DNA of 32,366 nt from a virus (IMGVR_UViG_3300031952_000085:1-32366); one strand, 5' to 3'. Positions 1 through 8,845 are shown, numbered from the stretch's first letter. A program made the numbers and translations. Notes: generated by a model from the letters alone, not told the origin.

Positions 1-274
1 AATCCGAATCTCGGGTGAAGCGGTTCTCGTACCTGTCCTCGTCAGACTCCCCCTCCCCATCACACTGATCGCAGGGACCCCCCCAGTAGCATCCTGGGTA
101 GCCGCAGGGCTCCCACCCAGCAGGCTTTTTCGCTCCTGAGCCGCCCACGATTGCAATGGCCTCCTCGTACTTTGCCTCCTGGATCACCCAAAGTTTTTTA
201 CTCTTGTCCCACTGCGCACCAATACCCTTAAGCCGCATACGCACGGGGTAGGTATTACCCCGAATCTCTCTCAT
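1..274 (-). CDS. small phage protein, 3' end outside window; DUF5710-like N-terminus plus Cys cluster
   Basis: Not in the ORF track. ATG at 274 and open to the window edge: MREIRGNTYPVRMRLKGIGAQWDKSKKLWVI...CGYPGCYWGGPCDQC... The GNTY..LK..GA.WD...K.W pattern resembles DUF5710. Confidence 0.65.
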   Translation of the reverse strand, partial: MREIRGNTYPVRMRLKGIGAQWDKSKKLWVIQEAKYEEAIAIVGGSGAKKPAGWEPCGYPGCYWGGPCDQCDGEGESDEDRYENRFTRDSD

Positions 275-276
275 GG

Positions 277-504
277 TCATATATGTCCCCATCTCAATTG
301 TTTGCCACTGCACATTTCGCCATTAGGCCCCAAGAACCTCACAAAGACTGTGCCTGGATAGCGGCCAAGGCTAGTGATATAGCCGTGCTCTCCAGCCTTG
401 TGCGGGTCGATGAACGTGACCGCACTCCCTAAATCCTTTGGCAATACACGTCGGTTCTCAATGTAAACTGTAGCCTCTGCTGGCTTAAGAGCGTCGCCTA
501 TCAA
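277..504 (-). CDS. hypothetical protein (75 aa)
   Basis: Start overlaps the stop of 501..806 (ATGA); co-oriented small-gene cluster. Confidence 0.6.
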   Translation of the reverse strand: MIGDALKPAEATVYIENRRVLPKDLGSAVTFIDPHKAGEHGYITSLGRYPGTVFVRFLGPNGEMCSGKQLRWGHI

Positions 505-806
505 ACTCTCTCCTCCGGATCCAGTGCATCCGAAATAGCGAAGAGTCCGTTATTAGTGTTTAGCGCATCCGCAATAGCCCAAAGCGCCTCTGTCCGGAAA
601 AAAGCATGCTCGTCTCGACAGTCCCCGTCCTCAACCCTTTGCTTTGCCTCCATCAACTGCATCTCTAATTTCAAAACTTCAAACTTGTGTTCAAGACTCA
701 GACCCTCGAAATTTTCACCAAGCATCTCGCAAATTGTTCCGCCATTGCCGCGCAATAGCGGTACAGTGATGCCTCGTGGAAGCTGCTCTTTGTTTCTAAT
801 TCCCAT
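501..806 (-). CDS. hypothetical protein (101 aa)
   Basis: SD-like GGGAG upstream of the ATG; coupled to the downstream gene. Confidence 0.65.
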   Translation of the reverse strand: MGIRNKEQLPRGITVPLLRGNGGTICEMLGENFEGLSLEHKFEVLKLEMQLMEAKQRVEDGDCRDEHAFFRTEALWAIADALNTNNGLFAISDALDPEERV

Positions 807-870
807 GATTCTTCTCCCTTTGATTAAAAGTAAAACAACGTAACATGCTGGCAGCCAGCCGCTACCGCTG

Positions 871-1638
871 TTACCTCATATTGTTAAAGCCCTGAACCTG
901 TTCCATAACATGCCTGGCGTCGGTGTCGGACAGTGTTCCCAGTATCTTTATAATATCCAGATAAGCCACCTGCTTCTCCGAGAAAGAAAGGCCACGGCTT
1001 TTTATGACCATGCCTGTTGCTGCCTGCACTACTGGGGGCCTTACCTCTGCTCTTTGTACGACAACGGCCGTCTCTTCCACCTTCTTCTCCTCCACTCTTT
1101 TGATCTCCACTGCAGGCCTCGTAGCACGTTCGTACTCATCAATACCCTTTTGGATCCTCTTGTATTTGATCCCCACGAGATCCAGAGCATCTCTTAAGCC
1201 AAACAGCTTCTCGATGTCATCTGCCTTTCGTATCGCCGTAACCAGTGCCATGAAGTCCGGCTCCCTCTCATCTATCTCTGTCATGATGTCAGAGATAGTA
1301 AGTTGCAGATCTGTGCCGCTGTGCTTTGTACAGCATTCCAGCACGCGCTGATAGATCGTTGTCTTTTTTTTACTTATCAAGCAGCTCTCCTTTATGGCGT
1401 TATCGCTCTGTAAATCCTCTGCCACAGTATTTACGAGTGGCGCATCCTCTGCGTTTTTTCTTGCGTGTGCCTTTCTGACGATAACTTTGATGTGCTTGGA
1501 TAGCCTTCTGTCCACGGTGTGGCCGCGCGGAATCGTAATGTCTGCATCGCCGTTGTTGTAAATTGCATGTTTTGCACCTTGTCGGTGCAGGCTGAACCCG
1601 TGCTGCTGCAGATACTTGTGCATTTCAAAAAAGCGCAT
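871..1638 (-). CDS. HicA-like (dsRBD-fold mRNase) domain fused to an unknown ~195-aa helical region
   Basis: Start reassigned to ATG 1638. MRFFEMHKYLQQHGFSLHRQGAKHAIYNNGDADITIPRG matches the HicA pattern L..xGF.L.RQG.xH.IY....I.IP. Confidence 0.65.
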   Translation of the reverse strand: MRFFEMHKYLQQHGFSLHRQGAKHAIYNNGDADITIPRGHTVDRRLSKHIKVIVRKAHARKNAEDAPLVNTVAEDLQSDNAIKESCLISKKKTTIYQRVLECCTKHSGTDLQLTISDIMTEIDEREPDFMALVTAIRKADDIEKLFGLRDALDLVGIKYKRIQKGIDEYERATRPAVEIKRVEEKKVEETAVVVQRAEVRPPVVQAATGMVIKSRGLSFSEKQVAYLDIIKILGTLSDTDARHVMEQVQGFNNMR

Positions 1639-1999
1639 GAGGCCCCAGCAATTCTGGCTGCATGTGGATAAGCAGCGTCTCCCCGCGGCCGGGATAGTTC
1701 GCCACAGATATCCCTCCGTGAGGCACACCAAAGACTTTGATGCACGCCTTTTGGAGCGAATACGGTACGGTCATACTCACTGGGGCTGTTGACCGGTCCG
1801 CCAGTGAAAAGCCCACTACCGGCTGCAGTTTTCCGTCGAACATTTCTCGCTTGTAGGTGACCAGCCAGCCGCCGACAAAGCCACCAACGCCTGGGGCTTC
1901 TTCTGCTAGCTGGATCCCGCAGGAGCTTTTGAATCCAAAAAAGAGAGCCGTGGCTTCGGCCTCAAGTATCGGGTCTTCTTTGCTTGGGTCTTCGTCCAT
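1625..1999 (-). CDS. hypothetical protein (~124 aa)
   Basis: Likely start MDEDPSKE at 1999 after AAAGGG; fills the gap between its neighbours. Confidence 0.55.
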   Translation of the reverse strand: MDEDPSKEDPILEAEATALFFGFKSSCGIQLAEEAPGVGGFVGGWLVTYKREMFDGKLQPVVGFSLADRSTAPVSMTVPYSLQKACIKVFGVPHGGISVANYPGRGETLLIHMQPELLGPHALF

Positions 2000-2252
2000 T
2001 TTTAGCCCTTTCGTGTATGAGTGTGAAATCAGAGATGTAGCCCCTACGAACCTTTTCGACGCCAAGCACCGTCAGCTCAAAAAAGCGTTCAATCTCCTGG
2101 ATGACCTTTAGATCATAGTTTTCCTCGCCTGCAAATAAGAACTCCGTCGGCACCCATCCTAACGCGGTGCCGGCGTCGCAGTGCCAGAGGACGCCGCTGC
2201 GGAGTTGAAACTGAAGCCGGGGATTGATTGCTAGGGTGAGAGTTGCTGGCAT
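1962..2252 (-). CDS. hypothetical protein (96 aa)
   Basis: First ORF after the candidate promoter at 2301-2316; AGGA upstream of the ATG. Confidence 0.55.
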   Translation of the reverse strand: MPATLTLAINPRLQFQLRSGVLWHCDAGTALGWVPTEFLFAGEENYDLKVIQEIERFFELTVLGVEKVRRGYISDFTLIHERAKNGRRPKQRRPDT

Positions 2253-2280
2253 GGCAGCGTCCTGACAAAAAATTGGTTAT

Positions 2281-2316
2281 GGTTAGATACAAACTCTAAC
2301 CTAAAAACCTTATACC
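2281..2316 (-). promoter_or_regulatory. candidate phage promoter GGTATAAGGTTTTTAG followed by a 7-bp hairpin (GGTTAGA/TCTAACC)
   Basis: 2301-2316 on the minus strand matches 24829-24844 on the plus strand at 14/16 positions. Perfect inverted repeat at 2281-2287 / 2295-2301. Confidence 0.5.
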
Positions 2317-2556
2317 TTAGATCTGGGGGATTCCTCTTGGCTCTACATCTTTGTACTGGTCGATCGTACCGGCCACGACGCACGCATATGCGCCAGGGTA
2401 CCTCCCGTGGATCTCCGCCTGTATATCATCGCGGAAATAGCCAGCGACAACGCACTCGATGCAGATCTCACCTTTCACGACCGCGCTCTTGACCCAATAC
2501 GGATTCTTGCCATGAATCCCGCAGATGTTAACTTTGTCCTTGTCACCGCTTCTCAT
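2317..2556 (-). CDS. small protein with CxxH...CxxC putative zinc-binding motif
   Basis: MRSGDKDKVNICGIHGK...ICIECV; start at 2556 lies within the last codons of the upstream gene. Confidence 0.55.
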   Translation of the reverse strand: MRSGDKDKVNICGIHGKNPYWVKSAVVKGEICIECVVAGYFRDDIQAEIHGRYPGAYACVVAGTIDQYKDVEPRGIPQI

Positions 2557-2881
2557 TGAGGGTCTCCTCTGCAAGGTTCTTCTGGTCTTCGCGTCTTTTT
2601 AGACGGGCAGCTTTTCTTCTGACAGCCAAGACTTCTTTGTTCCGCTCCCTATACTTCTTGCTATACCCGGCGGACTTGCGGGCCATAGTCTCCTTGTTCC
2701 GCCTGTAGTACTCCTTGCTGTACGCAATTTTCCTCTCCTTATTCTTTTGGTAGTACGCGCGCTGGTAGGCAGCTAGAACCTCTTTGTTCTTCTCATTATA
2801 GGCCTCCCGATCTGCAGCCGCTGTGTCTTTATGCTTTTCCTTGTACGTCTGATCCCAAACGCGCCTTTTCTCTTTTGTCAT
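2543..2881 (-). CDS. basic helical YYxxNKE-repeat protein
   Basis: Repeats YNEKNKE, YYQKNKE, YYRRNKE, YRERNKE; AAGGAAG SD-like sequence upstream. Confidence 0.65.
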   Translation of the reverse strand: MTKEKRRVWDQTYKEKHKDTAAADREAYNEKNKEVLAAYQRAYYQKNKERKIAYSKEYYRRNKETMARKSAGYSKKYRERNKEVLAVRRKAARLKRREDQKNLAEETLNEKR

Positions 2882-3236
2882 GTGCTTCCTTATCCCGCCT
2901 CAATTTCTGAGTGGCCATTAGCCGATCTTTGTTTTTCTTGTAATACTCTTTTTGGTATTCGGTTCTTCTCTCTGCGGAACCCTCGCGCCGTGCAGCTATC
3001 TCTTCCCTGTTCGTCTTGCAGTGTCTACTCCTTGTCCGGATGTGGTCCTTGTTTTCTTCGTTATACGTCTTTGTCTTAACGGCTTTACTAACTCGGTGCT
3101 TTCGGCCGTACTCTCTGCTTTGAGCGCAGAGCCGCTCCCTGTTGGCAAGGTAGTATGCCCTTGCTTTCTTTCTGACCTCAGCCTTCGTCCTCTCATAGCG
3201 AGCCTTTCTTTTAGCGGCTATGGCTTCGATGCTCAC
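2829..3236 (-). CDS. basic helical YYxxNxE-repeat protein
   Basis: Repeats YYLANRE, YNEENKD, YYKKNKD. Start uncertain: GTG 3236 or ATG 3281. Confidence 0.6.
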   Translation of the reverse strand: MSIEAIAAKRKARYERTKAEVRKKARAYYLANRERLCAQSREYGRKHRVSKAVKTKTYNEENKDHIRTRSRHCKTNREEIAARREGSAERRTEYQKEYYKKNKDRLMATQKLRRDKEAHDKREKARLGSDVQGKA

Positions 3237-3329
3237 GTCAACCCCACTTAAGTAAATTATTCCAGGCGCTGTAAATACCATTAGCAGTAATTTACGATGA
3301 CTTCAGCAGAAATTTGCGGTGGTTAGAGA

Positions 3330-3357
3330 TCTCCAAGCGCCTTGATGCGCTTGGAGA
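3330..3357. terminator. perfect 11-bp stem-loop downstream of terL (terminator or RNA stability element; no U-tract)
   Basis: TCTCCAAGCGC-cttgat-GCGCTTGGAGA. Confidence 0.45.
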
Positions 3358-3390
3358 AACCATGAACCCGCGCGATGCCTCCCAGGACCA

Positions 3391-5193
3391 CTAGGAGTAA
3401 CCGCCGCCGACGTCGACGGCATCAATGGTGTACCGACGACTTTTACCGGCATAGATATCGGACATCAGCTTTGCATAATGCAAAGAGTGGAAGAAGTCGT
3501 CCGGATCCGAGGGCCGGTGGTCGTACTTCACCTCGCGCCGATACTCGATGTATTCGGTGTAGATGCCGAGAATGTCCCTGGCAAAGTACTCGAAGTCTTT
3601 CCATCTCGGGAATTCTACGAGCCCGTGCTTGATGTCAAAGAAGAGCTCGGATAGCATAAAGTTTCTCTGCAGATGGAACCGCTGCCCGAGCGAGTCCCAC
3701 TTGAGCCGTTGTTTGAGCTTAGGCAGGTACTGAAATTGGGCGACCCGGCTGACGCCGAGCATACGGACGAGCACGTTGTTCACACCCCAGCCATGGCCCC
3801 AGTCTACGCCTGTCACCTTGACACCCAGGAGGTTTGTGACCCTGGCAATGTCCCGAACGACGAAGTCAGGGTCAATATCGCGCCCCTCGTATTTCCGAAT
3901 GTAGAGGACCTTCCACTTCTTCTGATTCACATACCCGCCAATTGTATGCACCGTGTAGGACGCGTTCCTGACCTTTCCAGAGGGGCTTTTCTCGGCGCCA
4001 TCGTTTCCCTCACCCCAATCGACCCCGCCCGTCAGAGCGTATCTTCCGGCATCGTGGATGGCATGCTCGGTTCCGGCCTGGGTTCTCAGGTCCCAAAGTC
4101 CGTAGTCACCGCAGACCTCCATCAGCTCGTCGCGCGTTATTGGCTTACTCGCGCTATCAAAGGATAGGCCCAGGACTTCGTTGTTAAATTGGCCGAATGG
4201 GTAGTTGTCCCGCTTCCAGAGCAGCTTCTGCCATTGGGCGTCGATGCCCGTGATCCAGGGCACCATGAGCTGGGGTATGCGGTATCCCTGAATGGCTTGA
4301 CCCTTCTGAAAGGAGACCCACTGCCCTAGTGGCGGGTGAATCGGTTTTGCGCAACGCTTGCAGACCGGACCTGGTGGCAGCTTGTAGGCGGTGTAGAGCT
4401 CCGTGGGGGCGACGTTAGTCTCGTCCAGGAAGTTCCACTTCCCGCAGCTCTGGCAAGGCACCATCCACTCGTTCTGGGTTGTCGAGGCCCAGTAGAGCTC
4501 GATCGGGTTGTCGTGGGACTTGGGAGTTCCGGCCATCAGGTTGGAAGCATCCGGAAAGTGGGAGGTACACTCCATGATAACGGGGATCTCTGTCGTCAGA
4601 AAATCCTGAACCTCGTCCAAAGCCAACACCCGGGCTGAAATCCCGCGAGTTCTATCCGCAGACCTGAATGCTGACCGAAGGAAGATGTAGCTGCCGTTGG
4701 TGAAACCCTTCTCGAACACCTGCGTAGAGACAGAGCTATCCTGGAAGTACTTCTTAATGTAGGGGCTGCGCTCTATGGATGGTCTGAGCTTCTCGTTGCT
4801 GAACTGCCTCGTCTGGGTGTGGGACGGGGAGACATAGAGGCTCTTGTTGTACGGGGTGACGACAGAGGTGATCGTCAGGTTGTTAGCGAGGTACGTTGTC
4901 TTCTCCACCTGACGCGCCGTTTTGAGCAGGACCCGCTTGTGGTTCGAGTCGTAGAGAGGCCGCAGGTAACCTCTTCCGGTGAAGTCGAATTTGGCGCCAT
5001 CCAAGAAAATGAGGTTTCTGACGAAGTCCGACTTTTTGGCCTTGAAGATTTCCCGCAGAGTTCCGTTCTTATTGACTGCCCTTGTGACGCATGCGACTGA
5101 TTTTTCGTCTGGTAGCGCCGGACTGTCGTGGTAGGCCGCCTCTTCGTCCTCTTCTTCGCCCTCGGTGGTACAGTTTGAAATCTCACTTTTCAC
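3391..5193 (-). CDS. terL: terminase large subunit, gpA-like
   Basis: Walker A-like KTARQVEKTT, Walker B LALDEVQD, coupling motif GTPK, CQSC..CKRC zinc ribbon, RNase H-fold GGVDWG and PDDFFH. GGAGAGG SD before the GTG start. Confidence 0.9.
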   Translation of the reverse strand: MKSEISNCTTEGEEEDEEAAYHDSPALPDEKSVACVTRAVNKNGTLREIFKAKKSDFVRNLIFLDGAKFDFTGRGYLRPLYDSNHKRVLLKTARQVEKTTYLANNLTITSVVTPYNKSLYVSPSHTQTRQFSNEKLRPSIERSPYIKKYFQDSSVSTQVFEKGFTNGSYIFLRSAFRSADRTRGISARVLALDEVQDFLTTEIPVIMECTSHFPDASNLMAGTPKSHDNPIELYWASTTQNEWMVPCQSCGKWNFLDETNVAPTELYTAYKLPPGPVCKRCAKPIHPPLGQWVSFQKGQAIQGYRIPQLMVPWITGIDAQWQKLLWKRDNYPFGQFNNEVLGLSFDSASKPITRDELMEVCGDYGLWDLRTQAGTEHAIHDAGRYALTGGVDWGEGNDGAEKSPSGKVRNASYTVHTIGGYVNQKKWKVLYIRKYEGRDIDPDFVVRDIARVTNLLGVKVTGVDWGHGWGVNNVLVRMLGVSRVAQFQYLPKLKQRLKWDSLGQRFHLQRNFMLSELFFDIKHGLVEFPRWKDFEYFARDILGIYTEYIEYRREVKYDHRPSDPDDFFHSLHYAKLMSDIYAGKSRRYTIDAVDVGGGYS

Positions 5194-5227
5194 AGTGCCT
5201 CTCCTAATTTATTTACTATTACAATAC

Positions 5228-5604
5228 GTTACCGTCTACGCCAAAATAATTGTTACAAATTGTTTTTTTGACGTTTCATTTCAGTAACAGCTGAACACCT
5301 TTGGTACCATGGGTTTGCAGGCAAATGTTACAAGTTACAGAGAATTGTGAAAATCAGAGACATGTATACGAAAAAAACACGCTTCTCGTGGTGTCGCTAT
5401 GGCACATGGGCAGATGAGAAGAAATATTTTTCTCGTATATGAGACTAGTTTTCGCTGTAACAATTGTAAAAATGTAACAACAACTGACTTCTTAAGACTA
5501 AGTTATTATTATTATAGGCGATTTACCCCCTTCAGAACTTTGCCGGAGCGGTACAGAAGTGGTACAGTTTGAAACCCATCTGTAACGGGCTTCTCGCAAG
5601 TAAC
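5228..5604. repeat. AT-rich intergenic array of GTTAC/GTAAC motifs in dyad arrangement; candidate replication origin or packaging site
   Basis: GTTAC at 5228, 5252, 5327, 5334; GTAAC at 5284, 5457, 5474, 5582, 5600. Imperfect long inverted repeat at about 5334-5387 / 5416-5461. Confidence 0.55.
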
Positions 5605-5649
5605 CGGTCCCCTCAGTCCAAAAGGGGCTGCACGGCGCGTTCATATGGC

Positions 5650-6519
5650 TCATGTGGTCTTGGCTTTTATCCGCTCGGTGACTTCGCGGAGCGTCTCATC
5701 GTCCGGGGCCGCAAACTCGGTATCCACGAAATCGAATTCCATTTGCAGGGACTGCGACAGATCGGCCTGGTCCGTGGACCTGTACTTCTCGTACTTGTCC
5801 GCCAGAACGATCGCCTTGTCGATCCACAGTCGCGCCTCCTTGGCGGCATCCGGGGAGTTGACGTCGATCAGCGTCTTGGCTTTTTGGAAAGATTTGGAGA
5901 GAAGCCACTGCAGCATATTGCTGACCGATACGCTCGAGGGTAGCTCCAGCTCGGTCTTAACAACATCCAAAGTGTCCGTCAGGGCGAGGAAGTACACGGA
6001 CTGTTCGCGCGTGCTAACGAGGCCCAAATACGATTTCCAGTCGCGGCGGTGCATGCGCCTAGTGTTCCAAAACATGTCCCGGTAAGATTCCAGGTGATTG
6101 TCACGCAGAGGTGTCGGGTACTTTGCCGATAGGGACTGCAGCATCTCCTTGGGCTGGACCCCTTTGATAAAAAGCGCGTTGATGGCCAGCCGCAGCATCT
6201 GGTCGTCATGGATGCTCTCCATGACCCGCACCGCTGACCTCCGCTCGGCAGTTGCGTAGGGCTTCTCTGCCAGCCAGTAGTGCTGAACCTCCAGAAAGCT
6301 CATCCAGCGAAGGAACTCATCACCGCCCTGGCTTCTGTTCTCCAGCTGAGACTTGACCCCCAGAGGCAAAGAGGAGTGGATCAAGGCCCACTGATCGTCA
6401 AGGGTCGCCTGTTTGATTGGCGGCAGCGAGAAGTTCCCTAGCAACTCATTGACTTCGTCGAGATCCACATGACCTTTTGTTGCTAAGAACCGGATGTAGT
6501 TGTCATAAGGTAATGCCAT
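5650..6519 (-). CDS. helical hypothetical protein (289 aa); positional candidate for terminase small subunit or DNA-binding protein
   Basis: Long ORF and the nearest gene upstream of terL; no diagnostic motif recognised, so the function is positional inference only. Confidence 0.6.
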   Translation of the reverse strand: MALPYDNYIRFLATKGHVDLDEVNELLGNFSLPPIKQATLDDQWALIHSSLPLGVKSQLENRSQGGDEFLRWMSFLEVQHYWLAEKPYATAERRSAVRVMESIHDDQMLRLAINALFIKGVQPKEMLQSLSAKYPTPLRDNHLESYRDMFWNTRRMHRRDWKSYLGLVSTREQSVYFLALTDTLDVVKTELELPSSVSVSNMLQWLLSKSFQKAKTLIDVNSPDAAKEARLWIDKAIVLADKYEKYRSTDQADLSQSLQMEFDFVDTEFAAPDDETLREVTERIKAKTT

Positions 6520-6525
6520 TGCCTG

Positions 6526-6849
6526 TCACGTCTGCGCTTTTCGAAAAAGCTGCTCGAGAAGCGTAGCGCCATCCGTCTCGGCAGCAAGTCTGTCCACTTC
6601 GCGACCGTCTTTCAGCAAAACCACGGTAGGAAACGCAGACACCCCATGCCTTACAGGCTTCAGCGGATCCTTCCGGACTTCGATGAGTTTCACCCTGACG
6701 GTAGGGTATCTCTTGGCAAGACGGCCCATAGTTCCCTTCGCTTGCTCGCTGCGCGCATCTGATTTCTCCCAGTAGAGAACCAGCACGTGCTTTTTAAACT
6801 GCACGGCAGCAGACGTCTTATTGCGAAAGCCTTGCCAAAAATACCGCAT
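6526..6849 (-). CDS. thioredoxin-fold protein lacking CxxC, N-terminal FWxGF tag
   Basis: Start ATG 6849 after GAGGG. VLVLYWEKSDARS in place of WCGPC; GVSAFPTVVLLKDGREVDRL is a typical Trx C-terminal half with the cis-Pro; no Cys in the protein. Confidence 0.75.
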   Translation of the reverse strand: MRYFWQGFRNKTSAAVQFKKHVLVLYWEKSDARSEQAKGTMGRLAKRYPTVRVKLIEVRKDPLKPVRHGVSAFPTVVLLKDGREVDRLAAETDGATLLEQLFRKAQT

Positions 6850-6859
6850 ACCCTCAACC

Positions 6860-8845
6860 TCAGCTCGGAGCAATCTCTTTCGCGGCGCGCAGTTTTTCAA
6901 GGCCTTCTACAACTTCGATCAAGCGGTGCATCGCAGTCGAGGCCGCCTCCTCGGGAATCTCTTTCATCCCGACTCGACTCGCAAGAACACAGCTGGCGAG
7001 CGTAGAGATTGCGGACTTCAGTTGCGGGATCTTTCCTATGAACTTAGCAATGTTGTCGGGATTTACAAAGTTCAAAGCGAGCAGGGCATCCACGGTCTGC
7101 GCATTATCAATGTAGCTGGCTTCCTTGAAGAGGTTGTGCCGCAAGAGCTTTGCCAGCTTCACGAGCTTCTCGGCGGTGGGCAACTTTTCTGCAATTTTCT
7201 CGGCCATGAGCGGCGGAAAGTTGAGATTGTGCAGCTCGGCCTTACCCTGCACCTGGGCGTGTTTGATCACACCGAGGATCTGCTTCTCACCGCACCCTAA
7301 GGACGCGAGAAGAAACTTTGCTTGGTAGCTGTGTAGATTCGTGCGGTCCCAGCCCAACGCCGACGCATACTTGTCCACACCCTTCATCGAGAACTGGCCA
7401 AACCCTGTGGACAGAAGACTCACGGGACGATCGGTAATCTTGGCCCCGGCTATTTTCACAGCGTAGGACTCCGCAGAAGAACTGACTGGAGAGAAGCCGC
7501 TCATGGGCACCCACTTCATTCCACCAGGCAGGATGTACTCACCGTTTAACAGTGCGATACGGTGCACATCCATCTCGCGAGAGGTGCGAAGCCGCAAAGG
7601 CCGTCCCATAAGGTCTGTGACCTTCAGCGTGAGCCCGCACGGTCCGTGCGAGGAGGCCATTACAACGGTGACTGGGATCGTGCAAAGTGCGTGACTGTCC
7701 TCGGGCTGGTAGACAAAAGTCCCCGTCTGACCAATCGCAGGCAGCGATCCGTGAATCTTGACTGGTCCATTTTTCAACCGCACGCCCCAGATGTCAGGCT
7801 GCATGGTCTGCATGGTCTTACCAAGGAATATTTTCAGGTTTACCGTCTTTTGGTCAAAGTCAATAACCTTGGGAATCACTTGCCCTAGAACGGTTACGCC
7901 GGTATTGGACATGACCGCATAGCTGTCAAAGGAGTCGGCGCTTTCTGCAATCTCAGAGTCTGTTCGCGCGAGGACCACGTTGTCCTTTGGTGCGGGCAGC
8001 ATAAGCAATTTCTCGCCGTTGCGGTCGACCTCGTTCATCGCGTCACCGACGCTCCCTGTGAGCTTGGAGACAAAGCTCATGCAGTCGTGGTAGCTGACGT
8101 CGGGGGTAATGGCCGGACTGAACACCGTATCTGAGTTACGGAGGATCGTGTACTTGTCAGGACCCTCCCTTCGCAGGACCGCGATATTCCTAGGGATCAG
8201 ACTTTCCTTGCCCTGGGCGTACTCGCTCATATTTACGGCCTGCAGATTTCCGAGCTTTTGCAAAAGGTCGACGTGCCCGTTCTTGCGGAAAGCAACGTAG
8301 TGGTTCGGGTTAGCCACAAGCCAGGTCTTAAGTTCGGAGGCGTTCTTGATAGTGTCGGCTATGGAGTCAAGGATCGGGTAGTTGGCACTCGCATAGGCGT
8401 AGCGGCCCAGTGATGGCGGATAGGTGGCGTTCCATAGGTTCGCATCTTCGAAACGACCGAGGCCGCCGTAGGTGGGGTACTCTTCGATTGCTTGAAAGAG
8501 CTCGCCCTTTTGGAAGATGGCCGCAAAGAAAGTAGGCGTAAGCGGCAAGAGCCTGCCTTTTGCAATCATCACATCGAGTGGGAACAGCATAAAGTCTTTG
8601 ATTATGAGCGGAATGACCGCGGCACGGTCTGCGCCGTTGACGATGATCGAGCCGGTTGCCGTCCCGTTCTCTTCGTCCTTCTTCATAAACTTGACCATAA
8701 TGTTCAAGTCGGTCGACTCGGGGATCCGCTCCTTGAACTTCTGGATGATCTCCTCGGGCCAGACCTCCATCTCATTGGATAGCTGAGAGAGGGAAACATC
8801 CTGGACGTCTGGCGCATCTATGAACAGGTTTGCAGGCATAACCAT
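6860..8845 (-). CDS. large hypothetical protein (661 aa), probably virion or morphogenesis
   Basis: GGAG SD; lies in the structural operon between the spike and terminase genes; several KxA motifs (KIAG, KYAS, KIAE, KEAS). Confidence 0.7.
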   Translation of the reverse strand: MVMPANLFIDAPDVQDVSLSQLSNEMEVWPEEIIQKFKERIPESTDLNIMVKFMKKDEENGTATGSIIVNGADRAAVIPLIIKDFMLFPLDVMIAKGRLLPLTPTFFAAIFQKGELFQAIEEYPTYGGLGRFEDANLWNATYPPSLGRYAYASANYPILDSIADTIKNASELKTWLVANPNHYVAFRKNGHVDLLQKLGNLQAVNMSEYAQGKESLIPRNIAVLRREGPDKYTILRNSDTVFSPAITPDVSYHDCMSFVSKLTGSVGDAMNEVDRNGEKLLMLPAPKDNVVLARTDSEIAESADSFDSYAVMSNTGVTVLGQVIPKVIDFDQKTVNLKIFLGKTMQTMQPDIWGVRLKNGPVKIHGSLPAIGQTGTFVYQPEDSHALCTIPVTVVMASSHGPCGLTLKVTDLMGRPLRLRTSREMDVHRIALLNGEYILPGGMKWVPMSGFSPVSSSAESYAVKIAGAKITDRPVSLLSTGFGQFSMKGVDKYASALGWDRTNLHSYQAKFLLASLGCGEKQILGVIKHAQVQGKAELHNLNFPPLMAEKIAEKLPTAEKLVKLAKLLRHNLFKEASYIDNAQTVDALLALNFVNPDNIAKFIGKIPQLKSAISTLASCVLASRVGMKEIPEEAASTAMHRLIEVVEGLEKLRAAKEIAPS

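Noticed and set aside
5569-6085. Plus-strand ORFs 5569..5943 and 5645..6085, and the many other antisense ORFs over long genes
   Set aside because: Shadow frames of well-supported minus-strand genes, without SD or recognisable motifs.
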